Assembly: GCA_950097015.1 (NCBI GenBank)
Contig: CATNEN010000007.1
Coordinates: 4,464,001-4,528,000, forward strand
Direction: 5' to 3'
Length of the DNA: 64,000 nucleotides
DNA from: Macrostomum hystrix
Lineage: Eukaryota; Animalia; Platyhelminthes
The translations under genes were made by a program, and so were the position numbers. Below the pieces are notes generated by a model. It did no database searches, was not told the DNA's origin, and saw only the letters and a list, made by a program, of their open reading frames with translations. This document shows, in pieces, positions 9,167 to 22,128 of this stretch; the first letter of the stretch is position 1; each line of letters opens with the position of its first letter.

Positions 9167-12100
9167 ATGACCAAGTGGGAGGATATTATAAAACTTAATC
9201 ACAATGTGCCTCCAAGTGATCAAAATATTAAGCAAGATAACCAGAATCTACGCGGCTATGCAATTAAATTTCAAAACATTAAAGTTACCTTAAACGATGC
9301 AACGAAAAAGAAGGTGAGACGAAAGCAGTGCATAACTTCTTTATTTAAAGTGCGAAAATAAAATTTATATATTTTCCTATACGCCTTTCGTGAAACGATG
9401 ATAGTTTTTCAGGAATGCGCAAGCAACTGTCTTACTTATTGTAACTGTATGATTTTATATGGAAAATACTTATAAATTTGAAAATGCTCCAAATTATACT
9501 ATATACGTTTCAGTTTGTGCTAAAATGGAGCACACACTTAGAAACTATTATAGAGATCTCCCAAAAAATCTTTATTTTTTAGGTTCTTACAGTGTAGAAC
9601 TACAGTAGTTTATCTTTACTTATCTGACAAAGCATTTGAAATATATGCATTTATAAGTATATCCTGTCCTGACAGTTTTTGTAGCTTACATAAACTTACA
9701 AAAACTTACAAAAAGCCGCTTAAAAATAAAATGATGTGAAAGTGATTAGAAACTATTTACATTCTATAAACAATTATTTGTAAATTTCCGAATTAATGAT
9801 TTAAACTACTTGTAAAGGTAAAATCTATACAATCTATACAAAACTAAAATTAAAAATGTTATGCATATGCTTTTTACTAGATCGCGCACTGCCACGGTAG
9901 AATTGAGGATTTCCAGAACTGATTTAAGAAATACTACACACAATTGAATATTGTTTATTTTATTTCTTCCCCCCAGATCGCAGACGCCAGACAGATGAAG
10001 TGCCAGGTAAATATGTTCCTCTATGACACCTACTACCAGCGCTTCTTTGGCCGCGCCTGGTCTGGTCCAGCCATCGATGGCGTCCTGCAAGGCGGCCAGT
10101 TAAAGCTGGAATACCCGGAGAGCGTCTACTTCCTGTCTCCCCTAGTGGCCAATGACGAGTCCGTCTGCCTGCTGCTCGAGGTCGTCGGTCACCTGACTCT
10201 GGCCAGCCGCTTCTCCTGCGGCTGGTGCCAGCTGAAGGTGTTCCCGGCCGCACTCTACAAGCAGTTGCCGGACGTCAGGAAGAAGGCGCAGCAGCAGGTG
10301 GCCGCCCCCAATGAGGCGGGCCTATTTGCCGGATCTTGCCGCAGCTTCATCAGCATGAAGGAGGATGGTAAGGGTGGGACTACAGGTGTTGAGGGTGGGA
10401 CTACAGGTGGTGAGGGTGGGACTACAGGTGTTGAGGGTAGGACTACAGGTGTTGAGGGTGGGGCTACAGGTGTTGAGGGTGGGGCTACAGGTGTTGAGGG
10501 TGGGGCTACAGGTGTTGAGGGTGGGGCTACAGGTGTTGAGGGTGGGGCTACAGCTGGTGAGGGTGGGGCTACAGCTGGTGAGGGTGGGGCTATATATAGA
10601 TGGTAAGGAAAAGGGCAGGTGTCGCTATTGAGACCAATTGAGTGAGGATTCACACAAACTGACATGTCCCTGTACAGTAAACTGGTAAACCCCTTGCGCT
10701 CATCTCCGCAGCCCTTGGCCAATGCCGCATCGTTGGCTCGGTCAGCTACCAGTTGTTCCGGCACCCGTCTCTGGAGGCGTGCACGGACGCATTTCCAGAG
10801 AATGCGCTTGTGGGCGGTCGCGAGCCGGTTCCGGGTCTTCTGTCCTGTGCAGGTGAGTGATGTATTTTTCTAATGCAATCTGAAATCCATCTCATCTGTT
10901 CCGCTGAGGCAGGATGTCTAAGCTTTTTGTACGCAATCATTTTCGAAAACTCCAACAGAGCCGCTGCGAAAGCCTCAGCTGGCGCCGCGCCGAAAGTACA
11001 CCTTCGAGAACCTGGTGATCACGGTGTCGCCCTCGTTGCTTTCCTTCGAGGAGGAGCTCAAGCGGCTGCTCACCGACGACCGACGAACTTTGGACGCCGC
11101 CTGCCGTCCGCTAGAGATCGGCGAGCGTCGCCTGAAGGTCGGCGTCCACAACGGCTGGGAGTACTTGGACCACGAGGTCAGCATCGGCCTCGTGCCCGGC
11201 CAGGACGTGCCGGAGTCGGCGACGGTCGCAGCAGCGCCAACCACGCACCGGCGGTCACTGTCTGCCGGCAAGATGAGCGCCCTGCTGGAGCGCGGCGTTC
11301 TCGTGGCCAAGAATCCTGTCCAGGTGAGAAAACTAACAGCCGAAATTCGCTTCTTGTCTACTGTTATTAGCTTACTTGTTCAGTGGATTTTTTATGTTAG
11401 GTTAAGAAAGGGACTTTTCTGACTCTTCTGGGCCTAACTTAGCTGACTTTTTCTAAACCTACTAAGCGAGCCATCAACCACACACACTGATCCATCAATC
11501 AACCCTTCATCCATCAGGCAATCACTTATCCATCAATCGATGACTCATTCATCAATCAACCATTCATCCATCAATCAACCATTCATCCATCAATCAACCA
11601 TTCATCCATCAATCAACCATTTAATAGTCAATCAACCAATCATCAGTCGATCAACCGCTCATCCGCTCGTCTTGCCGCGCACCAGGTTGAGCTGCCGCCC
11701 GGGCCGGGCGTCGCCGTTGTGTTGGTGCTGGAGTATGTCATGTCAGAGCCGGCCGTCCAGTCTGGCGCGCCGAAAACCCAGCAGACGCTGTCCGTTCGGT
11801 ACGGAGCCTACACCCTGCCGGAGGACTTGGAGCACTCGCAGCCGGACCAGCAGGAACCGCCAAGGCGAGTTGTCCTGGAGCTTGGCGGCGGGCCGGATTC
11901 TCGATTCCCTGATCGGCGACTGCTGTTTAAGCAGAATGCGCGTCTCACCTCGGCGCAAGGAGCTCCGCAGCACCAGGTGACGCTCAAGGCGACTCTTGTT
12001 GCGCCGGCTACTGCCGTAGCGGCCTCATTGCCTGCGCCTGCGGCTGCCGCTGCCGCATCTCCAATGAGCTCGCAGCGCCAGATCCAAAGCAAGCTGCAGC

Positions 12101-15100
12101 TGCAGCAGCAGCAGACATACTTTGATGAATCTATGCTGATTCCATCTGCACGGATGCCGCTGACGTCGGCAGGCGTGGCCGCGGACGGAGCCGAGCCGCA
12201 GCCGGGCTCGCTGACTTTGCAGCAGCAGCAGCAGCAGGCCCTGATGAGCAACCCGGTGTTCCTGCTGTCCCAGGTGCTCATGAGACAGGGCTATGGTCTT
12301 GGAGTGGAGCAAGGTAAGCGTTGATCTTTCTGCAAACTTTTGCGAAGGCTTTTGAAAGCGATCTCACGCAATGCACTTTGCAGATCCCTTCGCCACGGCG
12401 GGTCACCTTTCCAGCCGCTCTGGTCCGCTAATCGCTACTACAAACGGCTCTGTGGCCTCCGCTGCCGATGCCTCGTTGGCCCCGCTACGTCGCCACCTGA
12501 GCACAGCCGTCTGCGCACTCGGTCGGGGAGATTTCGCTCGCCTGGCCGGCGCTGGCTTCTCGCCTATTCTGGACGCCTACGGCGAGGCGCCCGAAGTTGT
12601 TGACGAGGCCAGACAGCCGCCCATCGACCTGCGCCTGGAGGAGGAGGACTCGATGTCAGGCAACGAGCTTGTGCTGCAGTTCCTCGCCTACTCGGCAGGC
12701 GGAGGCGGCGGCGCCGTCAGACCCCGCTCCGTCTTCCTGACTTTCCAGTTCTATCGCTTTCCGCACTTCACCACCGAGCGGCTGGTCCTGGCCGAGTCCA
12801 GCTTCACCGAGGACGGTCGCGCGTTCGTTCTGGAACGTGCGGCCGCCGGAGGCGCCAGCGCACCAGGCTACGAGATCCGCTTCAGCGCCGAGCCCAGCCT
12901 GCCCGGCGAGCGTTCCCGCCTGGCCACGCATCTGCGCGACCACGCGCTGCACATCGACGTGTTCGACGGCGACTCGCTGCTTTACATGGGCTCCTGTGGC
13001 CTAGGACTCCGGCCACTTCTGCGGCAGGGCAAGAAGGCAGTGCAAACTTGGCAGGTGAGGCCCGGTTCTTTCAGATTGTCAGGGCTGAGAGCTGGGGTTT
13101 GCGGTTTCAGAGACAAATATCCCTGAACAACACAATGAAGTCTCAAAATACAAATTTTAATCATATCTTCCCAATTCATTTGCAGGTCCTGGCGATCCTT
13201 CAACCGGAGCAGCCGTCTGAGCCCCAGATGCGGACGGCGCCGCAGCTGCACGTCCGCGCCGCCTGCGTTGGCTACCGCGCAGGCGTCGGCGCCGGGTCAG
13301 GGCGCGGCCTCCACCTAGCGGAACCGTCCAATGGCGGGGCATCGATGAACGGTCGTCGGACGTCGGCCAAAGCGAAGGTGGTGCGAGTGCATCAGGCCGA
13401 CCTGCCGAAAGATCTCAGAGCGGCGCTCAACGGGGGTGAGGGAGGGAGAGGGTGGAATTTGACTCGCTTGGTAGCTATCCGTCATAGCAACGCGTCATAG
13501 CGCACAACGCCTACAATTCCGCAAACCGCAGGTGGCGGTGGAACCAACGATGACGCCGACCGCGCCCGTCGTCTGGCCCGCCTCCAAGCGGTGAAGGCTG
13601 CTAATCCGCGCATTACCGAGCCGGACGCGCAATCGGCGGCGGCGGTGCGGGCCGACCAGGCCAGCCGTGAGCGCAGCCTGCGCGAGCTACATACCATCGA
13701 CTTTGTCCGCGAACGTGCCAAGGACAGCGTCATCATGGACCTGCTGGAGTCGACGATCTCAGTAGAGCATGACATTCACACCACGTTCGGTTGTACGGAG
13801 TTTTTCGAATTCGCCTTCGACAATCCGTCGAACAACGTTGAGGATGTTTCCGTGGAAGTGGAAGACTCTGAGCGGCGGCTGCAGATCCTAACGGATCCCG
13901 CCGTCACTCTGGCGCTGAAGGCGCACTTTGGCGTCGCCACGCCCACAGAGCGCGATCTGTTTAGCCGGGACGAGTCCGACAGGCGGCCCGGAAACACCGC
14001 CCAGGCCGCCCGGTTGGTGGCCCGGCCCCGGGAGCGGGTTCTGATCCCCTTCCGCTACTTCGAGACTGGCGCCTATGCGGCCGCGGCGGCGGCGACTGCG
14101 GTGGAGGCTGCCCAGCCACGGCAGCCGGGCGGCCTGCCAGTCTTCAGACTGGGCGAGGGTGGACCCGATACATCGGACGAGCGTCGAGTCAAGGTCAGTG
14201 CGGTCGAGTCTTTGTTCAGACCCTGGTAGCAATTTTCAGCACAGTAGAAAGCCTCACACACCCAGTGAGAAACCCTCATGCGAATCCCCTCAGGCCTATG
14301 TCCGCAGCAAGTCCGGCGCCCTGCTGTCCGTGCTGCACGTCCGCGTGCACCGTCACCCGGCGGCTGTGGACCAGACTCTGCGCTTCTACCAGTCTGAGAG
14401 CACCTTCTTCAAGCGCAGCATCCGGATGCCGCCTCTACCGGCAGTTGGCGGCGACGTCAGCCAAGTGACTTACCTGTGCTCAGACACCAACGCCGTCTGT
14501 CACGTGCAGCAGCCCAAGCAGCCAGGCGACCCTGTCGACCTGTTCGTGAAACTGTCCTGCGGAGAGTCGCCGCGAATCCAGCGCCTCCTGCTGGCTGTCT
14601 ACACGGACCCGTTCCAGATTGCGCCGCGGGTGGTCACCCAGCTGCTGGTCCAGTCTCTGCAGCAGGTGAGATGGCCAATGCTCCTGTCCCGGCTTTTTCA
14701 TTATCAGACAGTTTTATACTCTCTCACTGTGCCTCGGGGTTGGCCTTCAAGAACGTAAATTCGTTCTCTCTTAAGGGCTTGAATGTGGTCCTGCTGTGGA
14801 TTCGACCTCAGGTACTACCTCTCAACTCACACGCAGGTTGACATTACCTGCAACCTGGGCCAGCCGGTGCAACGCGCCCTGTTGATCCGCGGCTTCGCCA
14901 ACACCCGCCGACTCTGCTGCCACCCGTCGCACCCGGCCGAAATCAGCGTCGATCCGTCGGAGCCATTCGCCCTGCCGGCGGCCACCTCGCGCGAGGTGAC
15001 GGTGGCTGTCCAGCCGCGATCGGTCGGCCGGGCCACCTACCGGGTCTCCCTGGTCGATGCAGACTCGCACCAGCTGTTGAAGTGCTGGCTGTACAATGTC

Positions 15101-15436
15101 ACCTGCGAGCTGCCGGAGCTCATCCGCACCCTGGACGTGGCCCTACCGCTGGGCGGCGGACGGCACTCGAACCGGAAGTTCAACTACACCAACGAGTACG
15201 CGGTGACGAAGCGGTTCATCGTCAGCTGCAACCGGCCGGACCTGCTGCAGTTCTCGCCGACGGAGATGTCGCTGCCCGGCCACGGCCAGGACACAATCCG
15301 GCTCCACTTTGTGCCGCAGACGACCTTGGGCCGGGCCAACATTTTCTTCTTCATTTACGACGACGCCGGGCGCAACGAGGAGACAGTGCTGTTCCGCGTC
15401 ACCTACGGCGATGCGGCGAACGCTGCGGAGCGGTGA
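9167..15436 (+). CDS. NPHP4: Nephrocystin-4 (ciliary transition-zone protein), about 1408 aa, 10 exons
   Basis: Exons 9167-9313, 9977-10367, 10712-10852, 10959-11323, 11686-12313, 12384-13054, 13186-13435, 13532-14193, 14294-14665, 14837-15436. All GT-AG and phase-consistent. Recognisable motifs: WEDIIKLNHNVPP, FLYDTYYQRFFGRAW, PENALVGGREPVPGL, ERRLKVGVHNG, FLTFQFYRFP, TFGCTEFFEFAFDNP, NRKFNYTNEY, NEETVLFRVTY. Confidence 0.95.
10372..10592. repeat. 21-bp tandem array (GGTGTTGAGGGTGGGGCTACA), about 10 copies, NPHP4 intron 2
   Basis: Direct periodicity; explains the TGVEGGA and LQVLRVG repeat ORFs. Confidence 0.95.
11480..11665. repeat. Degenerate CATC/ATCAA low-complexity repeat, NPHP4 intron 4
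   Basis: Repeated ATCAATCAACC and CATCCATC motifs. Confidence 0.8.
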
Positions 15437-15519
15437 CCTGCGCTGACAACTGCTAGGTTTCTAAGGACTCATTTCTCTGAGTATGTTTTTATATAGATGC
15501 ACATTCAGTGGCGCTTCCA

Positions 15520-15742
15520 ATGGCTGTGTACAGCTGTTCAGTCCATGGACTGGGGAGGCCGCGACACGTACCCTAACTTCTACTCGACTTGATGCTAGTA
15601 CCCATTTTACTGCTGGGTGAACTGAAGCGCTAGGGAATTAGGTGACTTACTTAAGGACACAAATTGTCTCCCATGCGCTCAGATTCGAACTCTCGACCTC
15701 TCGGTCAGAAGTCCAAAGCTTTAACTACTGCGCTAAAATACG
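15520..15742 (-). mobile_element. tRNA(Arg)-derived SINE, family A, with a CORE/Meta-like central domain
   Basis: Minus strand reads: A-box-like TAGCGCAGTAG, anticodon-arm TTGGACTTCTGA, B-box GAGTTCGAATC, then GTGTCCTTAAGTAAGTCACCTAA...CACCCAGCAGTAAAATGGGTAC. A second copy lies at about 55740-55890. Confidence 0.8.
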
Positions 15743-17084
15743 AAGTATCACAATGAGCTCCTAAATGTTTATATGCAATTTATAGAACATTTTTTTGTTT
15801 TCTAGGATATTTTCTAGCAAATTGTTTACGGGTGTAACACCTGCTAACTTGTAGTTCGTTGACACGCTAGTTAGATTCTTAGAAATATCTACAATTTATT
15901 CTAGGTCCTTGTGACCTGGTACGCGTCATGTAATGATCAAAATTATACATTTATTTTGTCTTGATTGAAATTTTTATGAGAATGCTCTTAGAAATGAGCG
16001 ATATTCTTACGAATGAAACCCTGCTAGACCTACCAATTTCTAAAAAAAATACGTTTCCTGAAATCTGTTTGTCATTCTTTTGAGTCATGGACTCATTTAT
16101 AAGATGCTTTGCGGTAAACATTTTCTGTCGGTCAGCCATTCCAGATTATTCTTGGTTTTTATTTTAGGAATTCTCTTAGGAATCAGTTTTATTCCTAAAA
16201 GTTTCTGCTTTAAACTATGTTTCGTCTTATTTTGGTTGTAGAGTTTATCGTTATATTTGCTGTGAGTAGCATGTCATAGCATACTCAAGAATTTTGCGAA
16301 GTTCCACAGATTCTAGAATTTTTATAACAGTCTAGACTTAAAGCTAAAGGTATATCTAATTTAGACATATTATACAAGCGTGTCTTATGGATCTAAAGCG
16401 AAAGTCTAGAAATGAGGATTTTGCCGAAAATGCTGGTATTTTCATACACACTAGTATTTTCTGTCAGTGCATGTCCGAATTCCACTACTCTCAGTAGAAA
16501 GTATAGCACCTCTCTCTTCTTTTTTAGTTGTTTAGTAATTAAACTTTGCTTTGTATTTATATCTTTCTGTAGGCACAGTTATTCTTTTCTACATTCCAAA
16601 AAGGCACTATTTAGTGATTGAAATCATCCATTCTGTGATTTTATAGTTTCATTTTTGTTAATTGAGTACTTGAAACTCGTTTCTGTCTCAGATTGCTGGC
16701 CAATGCTTGTCCGTCCTTGTCTTCAGAATTTTTACTCTTTTTCTGTTCATTTTGTTTCGTGAGACTTTTTCCAAGTCTGTAACACTGACTGAAAAGGTAA
16801 TTTGATTATAGCATAAATTTAACTCATTTGCAAGCTCGGATCTGCAGTGCAGGTGGTCCGTGTGACTTGTTAAGTAATTCTTTTATTGTAACAGAGCAAA
16901 TGTATGTTACAGTCACTGTGGCTGCGTTGTTCAGCAAAGTGTACTTTCGAATGTACTTTAAATGCCAAAGAAGTTTTTGTGTGTCTTTTTTATTTTTAAT
17001 AAGAGCGATGAGACACTGTCTTGTGTGAAGCATTGTAGTCAGAAAGTAGTTTGAAAATGTTTTGCAAGGAAATCAGAAAGTGTC

Positions 17085-17392
17085 AATCTGGAAATCAGAG
17101 AGTGACAATGTGGAATTCAGAGAGTGACAATGTGGAATTTAGAGAGTAACAAAGCGGAAATTAGAAAGTGCCAATGTGAAAATCAGAGAGTGACAATGTT
17201 GAAACCAGAGAGTGACAATGTTGAAACCAGAGAGTGCCAATGTGGAAACCAGAGAGTGCCAATGTTGAAACCAGAGAGTGCCAATGTGGAAACCAGAGAG
17301 TGACAATGTTGAAACCAGAGAGTGCCAATGTGGAAACCAGAGAGTGCCAATGTGGAAACCAGAGAGTGCCAATGTGGATACAGGAGAGTGAA
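17085..17392. repeat. 22-bp tandem array (CAGAGAGTG[A/C]CAATGT[G/T]GAAAC), about 14 copies
   Basis: Direct periodicity. Confidence 0.9.
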
Positions 17393-18864
17393 AATGGCGA
17401 GCAAAGAAATAATGCATTGAGGAAGGAGGAAATGATGAAAATGGATGACTCTGGTACATGCCAGGGGTAGTTGATAGTTTGGTGCAGCGCAGGTGTAACA
17501 GTTAAGGGCACTACAAATTTCCAGCAAACGCATCGATAAAGACACACTGGTCTTTCTCTTGGGTATTGGCGATTAAGACAAAGCAGCAACGGTCAGATAA
17601 AAAAGCAGATTGCGCATGGATGCAGCAATCGCAGGTAGATAAAAGCCCATGTCTTCCCTTGTCCACCTGGGATATTTGTTTAAAATTTGTGCACCAACCT
17701 CCCCAAGGCTCTTAGCTGCCGCCCTGTGTAATTTATAAGATAAGTAACTGCATAATGATAGCTGGGGCTGTGTTTGACTTTGCCCACCATCCCCACCAGT
17801 ATCATAACTTTCCATATTTCCCATAATATTCATTTTTTGTTTCCCCACACAAACAAATGCTAGATATTTTTGCCATGTTGTTCCTCGCTGATCAGGGATC
17901 TGGGATCTGGCGGATTGGACTTATTGTCGTGTAAACAGCTGCCCGAAATGACGGGCGCGGGTCAGCCTCATTTGGGAGGCTTAAATAAACTTACCCATTT
18001 TCGTTTAGGGAAACAGCGGTGCCCGCCCGGACATTGCGCTCAGGGGCTCGGCAGAGAGAGTGGGGTGGGTGTCGGTGGTGGCAAGGGCTCAAGTGGCCCC
18101 ACCTAGCAGTGCACAGCTGCAGACTGTCACACAGGACTGGCCTTGTCACTGACCGCCGCGATGTCTTAAATTCGGCTGCGAAAGAACACACAGACACACA
18201 CACATAAATGAGGTTCCACCATTTTTATACAAACAACAAACTGCAGCCTACCAGGGGGGACTAACTAAGTAGAGAAAGATAGATAGGAAGAGTTTGTGTG
18301 TATCTTTGGCAGCAATTTTGCCTCCGCGGGTGGGGAGGGGGGCTTGTCAGTTGTTTCTGGGCACTTGAGGAAGTCCTATACAAGCCTAGCCTTGCGAGTC
18401 GCCCGCAGTTCATTGTTTTCGTCATCCATATTTTTTTTCCTCTCTCCTGCGGAAAGCATCATTCGATCTGCTGAAGAATGAAGATTTCAAAACAATTTCA
18501 TCCCAATAACTAGAGAGTGCCCGGATACCGCAGACTGCGGGGGCTGCTGGTTGTGCAACAGCGCGGTCACTTGACCGAGAGTTAAACAAAAAAGCTAAGA
18601 ATATTAGCCATTGTGCGGCCTTTTTAAGCTGAAGTTTAAACACTGACTGCGGTCGTTTCGCCTGTCAATCGCCCCCCGGATACTGAAGAGGCATTCAGCT
18701 CGAGTTCGCCAGCTGTTTGTCTGCCCGAGGAGAGTTGATCATGATTTTCACACCTGTTCTTTCAGTCTGCCATGTTGATGAAGCGGTCAAGGAAGCTTTT
18801 AATCTTATGCTAGCTTCCTAAATGCTATTTATTTGTCTCGCTGTATTCGAGCAACTTTTAGCAC

Positions 18865-20220
18865 TCTGCTGATCAATTTCAGTCTGCTGATCAATTTCAG
18901 TCTGCTGATCAATTTTAGTCTGCTGATCAATTTCAGTCTGCTGATCAATTTCAGTCTGCTGATCAATTTCAGTCTGCTGATCAATTTCAGTCTGCTGATC
19001 AATTTCAGTCTGCTGATCAATTTCAGTCTGCTGATCAATTTCAGTCTGCTGATCGATTTCAGTCTGCTGATCAATTTCAGTCTGCTGATCAATTTCAGTC
19101 TGCTGATCAATTTCAGTCTGCTGATCAATTTCAGTCTGCTGATCAATTTCAGTCTGCTGATCGATTTCAGTCTGCTGATCAATTTCAGTCTGCTGATCAA
19201 TTTCAGTCTGCTTATCAATTTCAGTCTGCTGATCAATTTCAGTCTGCTGATCAATTTCAGTCTGCTGATCAATTTCAGTCTGCTGATCAATTTCAGTCTG
19301 CTGATCAATTTCAGTCTGCTGATCAATTTCAGTCTGCTGATCAATTTCAGTCTGCTGATCAATTTCAGTCTGCTGATCAATTTCAGTCTGCTGATCAATT
19401 TCAGTCTGCTGATCAATTTCAGTCTGCTTATCAATTTCAGTCTGCTGATCAATTTCAGTCTGCTGATCAATTTCAGTCTGCTGATCAATTTCAGTCTGCT
19501 GATCAATTTCAGTCTGCTGATCAATTTCAGTCTGCTGATCAATTTCAGTCTGCTGATCAATTTCAGTCTGCTGATCAATTTCAGTCTGCTTATCAATTTC
19601 AGTCTGCTGATCAATTTCAGTCTGCTGATCAATTTCAGTCTGCTGATCGATTTCAGTCTGCTGATCAATTTCAGTCTGCTGATCAATTTCAGTCTGCTGA
19701 TCAATTTCAGTCTGCTGATCAATTTCAGTCTGCTGATCAATTTCAGTCTGCTGATCAATTTCAGTCTGCTGATCAATTTCAGTCTGCTGATCAATTTCAG
19801 TCTGCTGATCAATTTCAGTCTGCTGATCGATTTCAGTCTGCTGATCAATTTCAGTCTGCTGATCAATTTCAGTCTGCTGATCAATTTCAGTTTGCTGATC
19901 GATTTCAGTCTGCTGATCGATTTTAGTCTGCTGATCGATTTCAGTCTGCTGATCAATTTCAGTCTGCTGATCGATTTCAGTCTGCTGATCAATTTCAGTC
20001 TGCTGATCAATTTCAGTCTGCTGATCAATTTCAGTCTGCTGATCAATTTCAGTCTGCTGATCGATTTCAGTCTGCTGATCAATTTCAGTCTGCTGATCAA
20101 TTTCAGTCTGCTGATCAATTTCAGTCTGCTGATCAATTTCAGTCTGCTTATCAATTTCAGTCTGCTGATCAATTTCAGTCTGCTGATCAATTTCAGTCTG
20201 CTGATCAATTTCAGTCTGCT
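18865..20220. repeat. 18-bp satellite (TCTGCTGATCAATTTCAG), about 75 copies
   Basis: Highly homogeneous array; produces the spurious LISRLK and INFSLL ORFs. Confidence 0.98.
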
Positions 20221-20269
20221 TTTCCCTTGTTCTCCAGCTAATCCAAATGCTTATCCTATAACTCTGGAG

Positions 20270-20520
20270 TAACTCTCCATCTATTCCCCATTGTAACTCT
20301 CCTTCTATTCCCCATTGTCACTCTCCTTCTATTCCCCATTGTCACTCTCCTTCTATTCCCCATTGTCACTCTCCTTCTATTCCCCATTGTCACACTCCTG
20401 ATACTCGTATTATTCCCCATTGTCACACTCCTGATACTCGTATTATTCCCCATTGTCACTCTCATTACATTATTCCCCATTGTCACTCTCATTACATTAT
20501 TCCTCATTGTCACTTTTCTT
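20270..20520. repeat. 24-bp tandem array (CTCCTTCTATTCCCCATTGTCACT) with longer variants
   Basis: Direct periodicity. Confidence 0.9.
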
Positions 20521-21390
20521 ACATTTTTCATCTGAGTCTCTCACGTTTTTCTTTGTTTCCTTAGACTGTGTCGTTTACTGCCCGTAAATATTAAAGAATT
20601 TTCTTATAACTTAGTCAAATCTAGTTATTTGAAATCAGGTTGTAAGATATTTAGCCATTATGTACAGATTTAAAGCTAATATTTATGGCAGAAATGCATA
20701 GTGGAATTCTGTTTATGTAAAACAAATTCCTAGAATGAATTGAGTGAGTCCAGGTTTGCTTGGCTAGAATATCACAAATTTTATTATCCATTAATAACCC
20801 GATCCGCTGCCAATGGCTCAAGCAGCACCAGCTGACAGTGGCTGCGGGCCCCGGACTGACTGACGGATGCCGGCGGGGAGTCCGTTGCAGTTTTTGGGAG
20901 GCCGCGGGAAACTGCAGAGCTTTCTAGGAAACTCCACCCACCCACCAGCGAACGCCGTGCAATTCGGCGGACCTCAATCGGCGACACCTGACGTAAACAA
21001 TTTGAATAGGCAGAAATACCTGCGCCTGCCCGCCTCGCTGGGGTGGGGTTGGGTGCGGCTGGACGGGCAATTAAGGCATCTGCATTTTATGGCCTAATTT
21101 TTGGCGGTCTGTTGGAATGGCGACTTTTCAATGGATTCAAGCAGGAAGCTGAGCCTGCGACAATCGCTCACCGACTGCATTGAAGCTGACAGGGTCCGGC
21201 TATAGGACAGAATATTTCTTGATTTATGATGAATTGATGGGTGTGGCACAGGTTCGTGTGCAGAAGGAACGCCAGCTATGAAAGCATTGTGCGAGTGAGA
21301 TCGCCTTTTGAATTATAAACAAATCTTTTTTGAGTCTTAGCGTCTGGGACACGTTTTATTTAAGTACGTGACAGATATTTATTTCTATAA

Positions 21391-22128
21391 GTCTGTATCA
21401 GTCTGTATCAGTCTGTATCAGTCTGTATCAGTCTGTATCAGTCTGTATCAGTCTGTATCAGTCTGTATCAGTCTGTATCAGTCTGTATCAGTCTGTATCA
21501 GTCTGTATCAGTCTACACCAGTCTGTATCAGTCTGTATCAGTCTGTATCAGTCTACACCAGTCTGTATCAGTCTGTATCAGTCTGTATCAGTCTACACCA
21601 GTCTGTATCAGTCTGTATCAGTCTGTATCAGTCTGTATCAGTCTGTATCAGCCTGTATCAGTCTACACCAGTCGGTATCAGTCTGTATCAGTCTGTATCA
21701 GTCTGTATCAGTCTGTATCAGTCTGTATCAGTCTGTATCAGTCTGTATCAGTCTGTATCAGTCTGTATCAGTCTGTATCAGTCTACACCAGTCTGTATCA
21801 GTCTGTATCAGTCTACACCAGTCTGTATCAGTCTGTATCAGTCTGCATCAGTCTGTATCAGTCTACACCAGTCTGTATCAGTCTGTATCAGTCTACACCA
21901 GTCTGTATCAGTCTGTATCAGTCTGTATCAGTCTGTATCAGTCTACACCAGTCTGTATCAGTCTGTATCAGTCTGTATCAGTCTGTACCAGTCTACACCA
22001 GTCTGTATCAGTCTGTATCAGTCTGTATCAGTCTGTATCAGTCTGTATCAGTCTACACCAGTCTGTATCAGTCTGTATCAGTCTGTATCAGTCTGTATCA
22101 GTCTACACCAGTCTGTATCAGTCTGTAT
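21391..22128. repeat. 10-bp satellite (GTCTGTATCA, variant GTCTACACCA), about 74 copies
   Basis: Direct periodicity. Confidence 0.98.

Noticed and set aside
5828-15456. Many overlapping or antisense ORFs over the TRPV, NPHP4, NK4, SNX and CHP exons
   Set aside because: Shadow ORFs caused by high GC3 in the real coding frames.
15670-15742. tRNA-Arg(UCU) gene on the minus strand
   Set aside because: No pairing acceptor stem, and the sequence continues into a shared SINE body. It is a SINE head.
17455-17515. LNCYTC...C motif suggesting a Ly6/uPAR three-finger protein
   Set aside because: No signal-peptide exon, remaining cysteines or CCxxxxCN terminus found, and the frame runs into a tandem array.
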